The translations under genes and the position numbers were made by a program. 64,000 nt of DNA from positions 13,934 through 77,933 of IMG/VR virus record IMGVR_UViG_2823261200_000003. One strand, 5' to 3'. Shown here piece by piece: positions 46,015 through 54,840 of the stretch (the first letter of the stretch is position 1; every line of letters starts with the position of its first letter). Origin of the DNA: a virus. Lineage: Duplodnaviria; Caudoviricetes. The notes beneath the pieces were generated by a model. The model was not told the DNA's origin. It saw only the letters and a program-made list of their open reading frames with translations, and searched no databases.

Positions 46015-46257
46015 ATGTTAAATTTATTCAATCTATTAAAACGCCCCATCGAAACCGAAACCTTAGATGCCTGGGCGAAAATTCTTGAAGATATTGCAAA
46101 AGTTGCCCTGCTTGCATTGCCTGTGGTAATATTTGGGCAAAATCACTTTTTATTTAAACTCGCAAGCAGCTTTGCTTTATTGCTTATCGCCTATTTAGCG
46201 TTAATCGGTGGTAAGCAAATCCGAAAACACAAACCCTACTTATCAAAGGAGGATTAA
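46015..46257 (+). CDS. Small two-TM moron protein
   Basis: GGAGG RBS; extended -10 TGTTATACT. Confidence 0.7.
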   Translation: MLNLFNLLKRPIETETLDAWAKILEDIAKVALLALPVVIFGQNHFLFKLASSFALLLIAYLALIGGKQIRKHKPYLSKED

Positions 46258-46353
46258 ATGGCACTTACAATCGGATTATTTACCCTTGCCGCTGTAATGT
46301 TCGGCATTGTAATGGCGATTAATCACGCCGTTAAAAAAGATAAAAATGCTTAA
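46258..46353 (+). CDS. 31-aa single-TM peptide
   Basis: GGAGG RBS; MALTIGLFTLAAVMFGIVMAINHAVKKDKNA. Confidence 0.7.
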   Translation: MALTIGLFTLAAVMFGIVMAINHAVKKDKNA

Positions 46354-46407
46354 TTTTTTAACCGCTCTTTTGGGCGGTTTTATTATTCTTACCCAACAGG
46401 AAAAACT

Positions 46408-46488
46408 ATGAATCTCACTATCGGACTTGGCGTTTTCGCACTTGTTATGGTTGCTTGGGCAATCGCTGTACATAAGTTTGTTAAATAA
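46408..46488 (+). CDS. 26-aa single-TM peptide, paralogue of the previous one
   Basis: AGGA RBS; MNLTIGLGVFALVMVAWAIAVHKFVK. Confidence 0.65.
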   Translation: MNLTIGLGVFALVMVAWAIAVHKFVK

Positions 46489-46519
46489 CCCCTTTGCCAA
46501 CCGCTCTTTTGAGCGGTTT

Positions 46520-46945
46520 TTAATACCCGTAAAACCCTTGCTTGTCGCTAAATCTCACGCCTTGCTCCGCAGCCCAAGCATCAACATAATCAATTAGACT
46601 CGCTAACCGCTTCACACCCATTTCTGCCGTGCTTTCACGTAAGTTCAACACTTCGCCCTCTAGCCCAATCGCCATTTCAGCTTGTCCGCCCTTTGCAATG
46701 TTATGAGCGGACACCATAATCATTTTCCACGTTTCAATATCTCGCTTTTTGCCCTGAAACTCGCATTGTTTGGCAATATCGCCAAGCATTGCGTGGAGTT
46801 TTGCATTCTGTGCTAACGTACGCGTTAAGGGCTTTATTTCCACCACTAAGGGATTTTTATCATCAAGTGTAAAGGAATGTATCACCCCGATGGCATTGGC
46901 TTGTATGCGTGCGTTACGCAAGAAAAAGCGTTGTTTAGTTTCCAT
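46520..46945 (-). CDS. ninB: NinB/Orf recombination protein
   Basis: RTLAQNAKLHAMLGDIAKQ, WK, STAEM. Confidence 0.9.
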   Translation of the reverse strand: METKQRFFLRNARIQANAIGVIHSFTLDDKNPLVVEIKPLTRTLAQNAKLHAMLGDIAKQCEFQGKKRDIETWKMIMVSAHNIAKGGQAEMAIGLEGEVLNLRESTAEMGVKRLASLIDYVDAWAAEQGVRFSDKQGFYGY

Positions 46946-47165
46946 CGCTTTCAATCCCTAACTCATCAAGGCTAAAATACCCACAAGATTTTGTGCGATT
47001 CACCCACACAAATTCCCCCATACGATCGTGTTTAGCTTCTTTCAGCTTCCCTTCGCAGCGGAATCTATCGTCTGAATATTCACCAATAAAAGCATTCACA
47101 GGTTGCCTATCCCATAAATCCGACAGTTCTCCACCGCACTTCGGGCATTTATATTCATTCATCAT
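46935..47165 (-). CDS. Small Zn-finger protein
   Basis: CPKCG...C...CGY; translationally coupled. Confidence 0.7.
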   Translation of the reverse strand: MMNEYKCPKCGGELSDLWDRQPVNAFIGEYSDDRFRCEGKLKEAKHDRMGEFVWVNRTKSCGYFSLDELGIESDGN

Positions 47166-47845
47166 AAAATCCCCAAAGCTGCTTTGCAGGCGGCAATGCC
47201 GCGCAGGTTAATCTCACGCTGTCTTTCTGGCGGCACAAAGCTCGGTTTCGCTGGCAGGGTGATTTGCGGTTTAGGCAACGTTTCACCCGCTTCCAAGCGT
47301 GCTGCCATCGCTTTCAACGCTTTGCTCACTGCTTTGCACAATTTTTCTTCCGTGGCTTCTCGGTTGTTGCAATACAAATCCGTCAGCAGCCAATATTCCG
47401 CATCGCTCTCAAAGTGGAATTTGTGGATTTCCAGCATTCCGTAGCCTTGGAATTTCTTGAGTCGTTGGTAAAGCTCGTCCTCGCTCGGCAAGCCTAACGC
47501 TTCGTAACGGTCTTGCTTGCACCAAGAAATGAATTTGCCCACGCTTGGAAAATAATCATCAGGTTTCGACCGCACTTTGCGCATTCCTGCACGAACTTGC
47601 TCAATGGTGCGAATATTATTTTCCGCAAAGCCTAAAACCCAAGTACGCTTGGTAATGGGTAGCTGCACTTCGTCAAATTGGCTACGCATTGCTGGACAAG
47701 CGGCGAATAACTGTGAAAAAATCTGATCAACCAATTTTTCAATCTCATTGGGCAAGCGTTGTGATTTTTGCTGTGGCTGACCAGGCAATTTAGCTTGCAT
47801 TCCGATTGCACTTTGCATTGTTTGCGGATTAACTTGTCTGATCAC
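47162..47845 (-). CDS. Lambda P-like helicase loader
   Basis: KRTWVLGFAENNI...QVRAGMR...PSVGKFISWC. Confidence 0.88.
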   Translation of the reverse strand: MIRQVNPQTMQSAIGMQAKLPGQPQQKSQRLPNEIEKLVDQIFSQLFAACPAMRSQFDEVQLPITKRTWVLGFAENNIRTIEQVRAGMRKVRSKPDDYFPSVGKFISWCKQDRYEALGLPSEDELYQRLKKFQGYGMLEIHKFHFESDAEYWLLTDLYCNNREATEEKLCKAVSKALKAMAARLEAGETLPKPQITLPAKPSFVPPERQREINLRGIAACKAALGIL

Positions 47846-48624
47846 AGCATTCCCCTCCAACCTTCCTCGGTGTTCCATTCAATCGCATTCAATTCTGAAA
47901 CTGTTTTACGCTGTGGTTTTGCGTTATTTTTCTTCACCGTGAGCTGATCCCATTTCTCCCGCAATTTGGCAGGGCTGAGAATATTGGCTTTCCAAAACGA
48001 ATCTTGGTTTGCCCACTGGAACAGCTCGCAAATTTCCCTATGCGTTCGCCCATCTCGTTCACGCATCAGGCGGATTTCATTCGCCCAGCTGTCGAAAGAC
48101 GGCGCTTTGACGCTGGGGTTAAGTTTTTTAACTAATCCAAAAATCCATTGCCCGGCAGTCATATCGTCATCGGAAAATTTAAACCGAGATTTTTTGCCCA
48201 CGCTGCCGTCCGAAATTTTTTCGGACGAAGAAGTATGGTTAATTGACTGGTTAATAGAGAGACTGGTTATGGTGCTAGCTCCTGGCATACCCCCTATGCT
48301 ATCTGCTGGCATACCTATGCCATCTCCTAGCATACCCGTGCTATCTGCTGGCATACCCTTATCAAGGTGCAAAATATAAAGATTAGAGCTTGAGCCGTCT
48401 TTATTTTTGCGAGCTTTTTTAGAGATAAACCCCATTTGAATTAATGCCTCAATATGCGTTCTTGCACTGGCTTTTGAGATTTCACAAACATCGGCAATAT
48501 ATTGATAGGAAGGAAAGCAAATGCCATCATCATTAGCATTATCTGCTAATTTCAATAAGACTAATTTACGCAAAGGATTACCGACTTTAATCTCCATTGC
48601 TTTTGCCATTAAAAGTAAACTCAT
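47842..48624 (-). CDS. Replication initiator (wHTH N-terminus, O-like C-terminus)
   Basis: KLVLLKLADNANDDGICFPS; WANEIRLMRERD, FWKANILSPAKLREKWDQL. Confidence 0.9.
   Translation of the reverse strand: MSLLLMAKAMEIKVGNPLRKLVLLKLADNANDDGICFPSYQYIADVCEISKASARTHIEALIQMGFISKKARKNKDGSSSNLYILHLDKGMPADSTGMLGDGIGMPADSIGGMPGASTITSLSINQSINHTSSSEKISDGSVGKKSRFKFSDDDMTAGQWIFGLVKKLNPSVKAPSFDSWANEIRLMRERDGRTHREICELFQWANQDSFWKANILSPAKLREKWDQLTVKKNNAKPQRKTVSELNAIEWNTEEGWRGML
48273..48357. repeat. Four ~19-bp iterons (TGCTATCTGCTGGCATACC), putative origin of prophage B
   Basis: Direct repeats inside the initiator gene; unrelated to the iterons of prophage A. Confidence 0.85.
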
Positions 48625-49439
48625 AGCCCCACCGCCTTATCTTGCGTAAATTCACCGTTCCAATTTGCTTTCATCGGCAAATTGCCTTTCACATACCATT
48701 CATAGAGCTTTGCTGCTCCTTTCTTTAACAACACGGGTTTATAAGCGATAAATGGATCTTTACCGTGTTGAGAAATTTCTGTGGTTTCTTCCGTGAGATA
48801 TTGATCTCGGGCGTAGGACTTAACGCGTTTTGTTCGGTTATCTTGATACAGCCAGTTTTTGCCAATCAAAAACTCACCCACTTTTAACGCATTAACCCCA
48901 TTCAACCCTTTCACAAATTCAAATGGAGAAATTCCATTGCGGAAATAACTTTCCATCGAAGCGATTTGTTCAGATTTTTGTTGATTTTCCAGTAAAGCCT
49001 GTTGCTCTCGAACCAATGCCCGCTGCTCGCGTTCTTTTGCGTCTGCCCAAGCCCGAGCGGCAGCAACAGGATCGCTAAAGTTAGGCAAAAGTGCGGTGGT
49101 TTTTTGCTGATTTTCTATTAAAGTATCAATTTTTAAATCACACCAAACTGCAAAATCAGCATTGAGCCAACGGGCAAAATTCACTGCTAATTTAGGGTGC
49201 AACCAAGTTCCTTGTTCAATGCCACCTTGACGCACAACAACCAAGTCATTTGCCGTTAGGACAATATTCCCAACGCTTAAATTTCGAGCTAATGCATTGA
49301 TATATTCTTTTGTTTGAACCGTTTTTAAATAATCTTTAACAAATTTATCAAAATGCTTTGCAATAGCTGTCGCATTCAAATAATGATTTTCATTGAAAGA
49401 AACGCTAACATCATTATAAAAAAAGTGCTGAATTCTCAT
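48621..49439 (-). CDS. KilA-N domain antirepressor-like protein
   Basis: YLNATAIAKHF...QGTWLHPKLAVNFARWL. Confidence 0.9.
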   Translation of the reverse strand: MRIQHFFYNDVSVSFNENHYLNATAIAKHFDKFVKDYLKTVQTKEYINALARNLSVGNIVLTANDLVVVRQGGIEQGTWLHPKLAVNFARWLNADFAVWCDLKIDTLIENQQKTTALLPNFSDPVAAARAWADAKEREQRALVREQQALLENQQKSEQIASMESYFRNGISPFEFVKGLNGVNALKVGEFLIGKNWLYQDNRTKRVKSYARDQYLTEETTEISQHGKDPFIAYKPVLLKKGAAKLYEWYVKGNLPMKANWNGEFTQDKAVGL

Positions 49440-50131
49440 TTTTTCTCTGCTCCTAAACTCATTGCAAATGCTCTTATTTCTCCTTGTTCATCAAGAAACC
49501 ATTCACCAATAGTTCTATATTTATCAAATTTTTTGTGCAATTTACTTTCTTCATCACCGTGAATTAAAGCTAACACTTCAAAATGTGCTCCAGCTTGCGT
49601 TTCTAGTGTTCTAATGCGTTTTTTAGGAGAAATGCTTTTTCCTATTTTTATAAGATTAGATTTAGGATTGAACACAATATAAGTAAATATTGAATTCTCT
49701 TTTTGGTCTTGATGATTTGCGGGATATGTTACCCAGATACCAAATGCTTCAAGGTAAAATGCAGTACGTTGAAAATCTGAAAAAGCTTTTGAAATGAAAG
49801 GATAAAAACTAAAAAGCTTTTCACATACATAGGCTATTTGTTTAAAAGAGTTGATATTATCTAAACTCTTTTGGCTTTCAGATAAAATTTGTTCTTCATT
49901 TGCTTTGAGAATATTTTGGCAAGCAATAGCCGAGCATTCTTGAAATTTTTGTAAAATAGTAAAACCAACACACATAGCATCTTGCAAAGGTAATTCACCT
50001 TTTTCTATAGCTTGCATCAATAGTTGATCCTTTAAGATTTCTGAAAGGCGTTTTTCGCATAGCTCCGCAATCTCACGACTGCTCATTTTTATGCTTGCAT
50101 TTTGTTCCGAAATTATTGATAATCTGCTCAT
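49436..50131 (-). CDS. Chimeric protein: Rha-like start fused to a T5orf172/GIY-YIG-like domain
   Basis: MSSREIAELCEKR N-terminus; TYIV...IKIGKS...RIRTL...ESKLHKKF...GEWF. Confidence 0.8.
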   Translation of the reverse strand: MSRLSIISEQNASIKMSSREIAELCEKRLSEILKDQLLMQAIEKGELPLQDAMCVGFTILQKFQECSAIACQNILKANEEQILSESQKSLDNINSFKQIAYVCEKLFSFYPFISKAFSDFQRTAFYLEAFGIWVTYPANHQDQKENSIFTYIVFNPKSNLIKIGKSISPKKRIRTLETQAGAHFEVLALIHGDEESKLHKKFDKYRTIGEWFLDEQGEIRAFAMSLGAEKK

Positions 50132-50177
50132 AGATAATTCCTTTTTAATGAATTACCACCGTTGCTGCGGTGGTTTT

Positions 50178-50618
50178 TTATTGCTTATGAATAGCAATCG
50201 CCACTTCGATCGCTTTTGCCGTGGTCTGTTGTGATTTGTGCAATAACTTATGCAACACATCTTGTTCTTCCTGCGTCAGTACGCCATCGCTCAAAAATTC
50301 GTTGAGCTTGGCAAATAAAATCCCACGCTCAGCAAGTTCTTGCAGTTGTAACTGCGATAGCTCGACTAAGTCAGTTTCGTTTTCGTTCGGTACAGCAAAA
50401 CTCACCTTGCCTAAACGCCGATTGATTTCATCCGACCAATTACTTACGCCATATTCAAGCTCAATGGCAATCAATTCTTCGCAGGTGAAGCGTTGTCCTT
50501 TGGTTTGATACAGGCGGTTATTCAATGCCTGTTCTGTCATACCAAGAAAGCCCGCCACGGCTGCTTTCCCGCCTTGGCACTTTTCTATCATTTCAATAAT
50601 TGTTTTCTTCATTGCCAT
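50178..50618 (-). CDS. CII-like / YmfL-family regulator
   Basis: Identical protein to 2093-2533. Confidence 0.75.
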   Translation of the reverse strand: MAMKKTIIEMIEKCQGGKAAVAGFLGMTEQALNNRLYQTKGQRFTCEELIAIELEYGVSNWSDEINRRLGKVSFAVPNENETDLVELSQLQLQELAERGILFAKLNEFLSDGVLTQEEQDVLHKLLHKSQQTTAKAIEVAIAIHKQ

Positions 50619-50666
50619 AAATTCCTTGTGGATTTTGTGGTTTTGTTTTTGGGTAGGTTTGGTAAA

Positions 50667-50852
50667 TTATTTCTGAGAAGGGAAAGGGCGAACTTCTTCG
50701 GCTCGAACTTTTCCCGCTTCATCAGGGATCACAAAAATATTTCTTGCTTTATAAAGTGCTTTACTAATTGCTCCCTGAGTTACGCCAACAGCTCTAGCGG
50801 TGGCAGCTTGTCCGTGTGTTTTCACATAATCAGATAATGGAATTCTATTCAT
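50667..50852 (-). CDS. cro: Lambda-type Cro
   Basis: RIPLSDY...GQAATARAVGVTQGAISKA...AEEVRPFPS matches the lambda Cro pattern. Confidence 0.92.
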   Translation of the reverse strand: MNRIPLSDYVKTHGQAATARAVGVTQGAISKALYKARNIFVIPDEAGKVRAEEVRPFPSQK

Positions 50853-50887
50853 AGGAAACCCTTATTATTTATATTCAGACAATAATT

Positions 50888-50950
50888 ATTACCGCCAGTA
50901 AAATAAAGGTCAATATTTGCGGTAATTTTACTTTTACTACTGTTGGTAAT
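50888..50950. promoter_or_regulatory. OR operators and pR of prophage B
   Basis: ATTACCGCCAGTAAA, AATATTTGCGGTAAT, ACTACTGTTGGTAAT; minus-strand TTGACC-17-AATAAT. Confidence 0.75.
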
Positions 50951-50981
50951 ATGCTTTAAGAAAAACCGAGAGAAATGCCCA

Positions 50982-51749
50982 ATGAGTACACAAAAAAAGA
51001 AAGAGCTCACATCGGAACAAAAAGCAGAATGTGAGAAGCTAAACGCTATTTACGAGCAAAAAAAATCAGAACTAGGACTAACACAAGCTTCTGTTTCAGA
51101 GAAATTGGGGATTAATCAAAGTGCGGTTAATCACTATTTAAAAGGAACGAATGCCTTAAATGCCAACATTGCAAGTAAGTTTGCAAGATTATTGAATATT
51201 ACAGTGGATCAGTTCAGCCATCGCATATCGAATGAAATTAAACAAATGGCTGATACATTAGATCAAGAAAAGTTAAATGAAATTATCTTATTAGAAAAAC
51301 GTCCGAAAAATTCAGTGACAATCCCATTGCTAGACATCTATGCAGCAGCGGCACCAACTGGAATTATTAATGTAGATTATCCAGAAGTGATTAAAGAAAT
51401 TACGATTGATCAAGATCAAGTTTTAGAGCTGCTAGGGCGTAAAACCATTCAGGGGATCAATCTGATCAATGTGCCAACAGATTCAATGAGCCCTACAATT
51501 AACAAAGGTGATGTCGCTTTTATTGATGTTACTTGTCGTTGCTATGCAGGAGAGGGAGTTTACGCTTTTGTTGATGAATATGGAGAATTGTTCATTAAAC
51601 GCCTACAAAAAGTGCCAAATGGCGGAATAAAAATTTTATCGGACAATCCTCACTACGCCCCATTAGATTTTACTCAAGAGGAATTGGAACGTTGTTACAT
51701 TATGGGGAAATTGGTCAAAGCACTGCCATTACATATGATTGATCTATAA
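50982..51749 (+). CDS. cI: Lambda-type CI repressor
   Basis: MSTQKKKELTSEQ...YEQKKSELGLTQ lambda-like arm and HTH; DSMSP and IKRL S24 motifs. Confidence 0.93.
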   Translation: MSTQKKKELTSEQKAECEKLNAIYEQKKSELGLTQASVSEKLGINQSAVNHYLKGTNALNANIASKFARLLNITVDQFSHRISNEIKQMADTLDQEKLNEIILLEKRPKNSVTIPLLDIYAAAAPTGIINVDYPEVIKEITIDQDQVLELLGRKTIQGINLINVPTDSMSPTINKGDVAFIDVTCRCYAGEGVYAFVDEYGELFIKRLQKVPNGGIKILSDNPHYAPLDFTQEELERCYIMGKLVKALPLHMIDL

Positions 51750-51832
51750 ACTCAAACATAATGGGCGTGGAGGTTGAGCATAGGCAGGTTTTGTAAAAAT
51801 AATAACTTACTAATAAACTAAGGCAAATAAAT

Positions 51833-52240
51833 ATGATTAAAAAATTTGAAGATATTAAAGATGATATTGTTGCATCTCAACTTTCACAATCCTATGAAAA
51901 GGTATTAATAGATAATATGTTACAAGGGAAACGAGAATTACTTTCAGCGAATGATATTATAGAAATGCTTGGAATTTCTTCTGACGAATTTAAAGAAATG
52001 CTCGATCTTCCAAATCATGTCCTTTTTGCGTCAAATGCAAGAGCTGTCTTCGATCTTACTAGCCGATTAAATCCTGCTAATGCAAAATATGAACTCATTA
52101 ACACAGAATTAAAACAAAGTACAAAACTCCCTAAACCAGACATTTACATTATAGGAAAAGCAAGATGGGCAAAAGGAACTATCAAAAATTGGTTAGAAAA
52201 TCAAACAGGACATAGTACAGATAAAGAAAAGGCAGGTTAA
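51833..52240 (+). CDS. AlpA/Xis-like winged-helix protein with internal insertion
   Basis: LLSANDIIEMLGI...LPKPDIYIIGKARWAKGTIKNWL; homologue of 3732. Confidence 0.7.
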   Translation: MIKKFEDIKDDIVASQLSQSYEKVLIDNMLQGKRELLSANDIIEMLGISSDEFKEMLDLPNHVLFASNARAVFDLTSRLNPANAKYELINTELKQSTKLPKPDIYIIGKARWAKGTIKNWLENQTGHSTDKEKAG

Positions 52241-52332
52241 CCACCTGCCTTCCTGAACCGCAAACAAGCGGCTCTCACACTTTACAAAGCTTGTCGGCTC
52301 CTACGTCCGAGGCTTCGGGCTCATTACCAGTA
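52227..52332 (-). ncRNA. Candidate structured ncRNA (RNA antitoxin/regulator of the HEPN Abi)
   Basis: Promoter TTTACT-17-CATAAT (52366-52338), CCCGAAGCCT core, CTTTGTAAAGTGT box, hairpin, terminator AAGGCAGG-N7-CCTGCCTT-TT. Confidence 0.7.
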
Positions 52333-52373
52333 GACGCATTATGACAAAAAACAAATAATGAGTAAAGAAAAAA

Positions 52374-53117
52374 ATGTTATCAAAACAAATTACGAGTATT
52401 TCACAAAGCAGGTTAAGCACTTATCTGCTTTGTTTTTATCAAAGTGATCAGTCAAAACAAAAAGAAGCCATTGCTATCTATACCGCATTACAACATCGTG
52501 CGGGTATTTATTTTTCTCTTATTCAAGAAATAGAGGTCGCATTAAGAAATGAAGTGAGTGAATTACTTCGCCAAGCTGCCCCGAATAACGATTTATACCA
52601 ATTTTTTCACTATTTAGCACAAGACAAAAATGCACCACTTACAATCGAATCACAACGCCAACTAAAAAAAGCAATTAGTGAATGCAATAAAAAACATTAT
52701 GATGAGAACGACATTATTTCTCACATTAGCTTTGGTTTTTGGGTAAATCTTTTTGATTACGATATAAAGAGAAATAAACACATTATTTACTGGCAAACCG
52801 TCTTAAAACCTATATTTAATCGTAGGTTTAATAGTTTCAAAGACTTATACAACACATTGAAACAAGTAATGCGTTTCCGTAATCGCCTCTACCATCAAGA
52901 AATAATTTGGAATAAGAAAACATCAAAGCATCCAATTCAAGCACTTAAAAATTTAGAGAAGACCTATACTCAGTTTGAGCAAGTGTTACAAAAAATTGCT
53001 CCAGAAAGATTTTCCTTTCGACAGCTATCACAAGCATTAATTTGGCAAAGAGATATATTCTTTGACCAACAACTCTTCTGTGCTGAGATTGGCATCTTGC
53101 CAACACATATTAAATAA
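52374..53117 (+). CDS. Abi-like (AbiF/AbiD, Abi_2-related) HEPN RNase
   Basis: ISQSRLSTY, EIEVALRN, ISFGFW, RNRLYH-QE. Confidence 0.85.
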   Translation: MLSKQITSISQSRLSTYLLCFYQSDQSKQKEAIAIYTALQHRAGIYFSLIQEIEVALRNEVSELLRQAAPNNDLYQFFHYLAQDKNAPLTIESQRQLKKAISECNKKHYDENDIISHISFGFWVNLFDYDIKRNKHIIYWQTVLKPIFNRRFNSFKDLYNTLKQVMRFRNRLYHQEIIWNKKTSKHPIQALKNLEKTYTQFEQVLQKIAPERFSFRQLSQALIWQRDIFFDQQLFCAEIGILPTHIK

Positions 53118-53282
53118 CCTAAGCCGCCCCAGTGGCGGTTTTCTTTTACCTCTAATCCCCTAAAACCATTTTCGCGACATCACGAAAATGATATTTCAGC
53201 AAAATTTATTTCTCAATTTCTGCCTTCTTACCTCTTTTTGCTTAAAAAGTAATCAAACAAGCAAAATTACCTTAAATAATAT

Positions 53283-53322
53283 TACTTGCGGTATTTACAA
53301 TTAAAATTACAAGCGGTAATAT
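53283..53322 (+). promoter_or_regulatory. pL promoter with two OL operators (prophage B)
   Basis: Same TTTACA-17-TAATAT as prophage A, but operators are TACTTGCGGTA and TACAAGCGGTA. Confidence 0.8.
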
Positions 53323-53591
53323 GCACCTATCAAAACGAAACAACGTTTAATGCTTTTTAACAATCAAGATGAAATAAAAAGCCCTGCGGCAACAGGGTTT
53401 GGATAATTAAGCTTCGTAAATAGGTGTTTGTCGGTTAGTGTCCATAACAAGACCGATACAATGTAAGCAGTTTTGTTTGGTCGTATAACCTTCACTTTGA
53501 GCTATAGGTTCGTGATTGGCGGCTTTTAGTCGCCAATACCACTGACCATTAACACCTTTGAAAATTTCAAAATACATAGAGGTAACTCCTT

Positions 53592-53813
53592 ATGCAAAAC
53601 GAAATGAAACGCTATGCAATTTCTTACTTCTTCAAAGGGAAGAAGTGGTGTTCAGATGTCTACGCCAACTCATTTGAAGAAGCACAAGAAAAAGTCAAAG
53701 CAATGTCCCAAGCAACTATTGATGGTGAGCTTTACTGTTCAATATATGTTCCAGTCAAGCCACAATCACGCATTGCAAGGTTGCTTTTAAAGCTACTACA
53801 TAAATTTAGCTAA
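53592..53813 (+). CDS. Conserved phage hypothetical protein
   Basis: Identical to 5592-5813. Confidence 0.75.
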   Translation: MQNEMKRYAISYFFKGKKWCSDVYANSFEEAQEKVKAMSQATIDGELYCSIYVPVKPQSRIARLLLKLLHKFS

Positions 53814-53837
53814 TTCAATATTTCATCTTGGTGATGA

Positions 53838-53850
53838 TGCTCTTTAACAA
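53838..53850 (+). promoter_or_regulatory. boxA site
   Basis: TGCTCTTTAACAA; variant TGCTTTTTAACAA at 53351. Confidence 0.8.
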
Positions 53851-54280
53851 TTTAGATAAAACACCTTGTCGCCTGATGGTGAGTAGTTAGTCAAAGCGTG
53901 GAAGACCCTATAGCCCCACCGCTACAACAGCATTATGCCCAATAAGGGAAACAGACATAATCCGACAAGGTGTTTAGGTGAAAGCTGGTCGCACATAATA
54001 AGGTGCAAGGGAGTAGCCGAAAAGAACAGTAGGACTTTTTGATTATTTTTGACCGATCCGATGACTCGTAGTGAGGTTGAAAGGAATGTTGAAGCAAGGG
54101 CGAGGTAACTACCAAAGCGGAATTAACGAAAAAATAATCTAGCAAACGCGGCTATAAGGGCGTGACAGCTTGGAGAGACAGCACTCATTCAAAACCGCAT
54201 TCTTAGCAACTCGCTTTTAGTCTTTTTTCTTGGTGGCTTTGCGTGCGGTTCTAAATGAGATGAGAAATAGGAGAAACGCA

Positions 54281-54709
54281 GTGAAAAAATATGAATTAAC
54301 CGATGAATATATTGAGATCGGATTTACAACTAAAATTAAACTCTATCGCATAAAAGCTTTAGTAGCAATCGCATCAATCGGCGTTAGTGCTGGTGATTTG
54401 GGTGGATATGTCGAGAAAGAGTCAAACTTAGATCAGAGTGGTGATGCCTGGGTGTACGATAATGCCGTGGTGTCCGGTGATGCCGTGGTGTGTGAAAGAT
54501 CTGATATTGTCTGGTTTTCAAACGTGGGTACGGAGTACGGTACATTAACCGTATTTAAAACTAAGCAAGGAGTATTGTGGGCTACTAGAGGCTGTTTTAG
54601 TGGCTCTGTTGAGGAGTTTTTGAAAAAATCCGCGGAAGTTCACGATGAAAAAACGAAAAGAGAATATCAACTTTTGATTGAAGTCGCTAAATCAAGGTTG
54701 AACAACTAA
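54281..54709 (+). CDS. Short allele of the hexapeptide-repeat protein (3 repeats)
   Basis: Identical flanks to 7573-8271; repeat tract only 54440-54493. Confidence 0.9.
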   Translation: MKKYELTDEYIEIGFTTKIKLYRIKALVAIASIGVSAGDLGGYVEKESNLDQSGDAWVYDNAVVSGDAVVCERSDIVWFSNVGTEYGTLTVFKTKQGVLWATRGCFSGSVEEFLKKSAEVHDEKTKREYQLLIEVAKSRLNN

Positions 54710-54840
54710 TACGCCCACACGGAAGGCGTTAAACCCCGTGCAGACATAAATACTCTTAACCTTGCCCACTGTAACAGGTGGGCTTTTTTAGCAAAATCTA
54801 AAAAATATTGCTCATATTAATTAGTGAGTATTGAAGGAAT

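Noticed and set aside
53309-53317. Apl-type uptake sequence ACAAGCGGT
   Set aside because: Coincides with the OL operator; the Hin-type motif dominates the window
5592-53813. Exact 48000-bp offset between duplicated genes suggesting an assembly artefact
   Set aside because: Offsets differ for other duplicated genes (e.g. 44849, 47680), and the copies carry SNPs and different neighbouring modules
54055-54095. Hammerhead ribozyme (CCGATGA...GAAA)
   Set aside because: Core differs from CUGANGA, GAAA is not adjacent to stem II, and I could not build stems I and III
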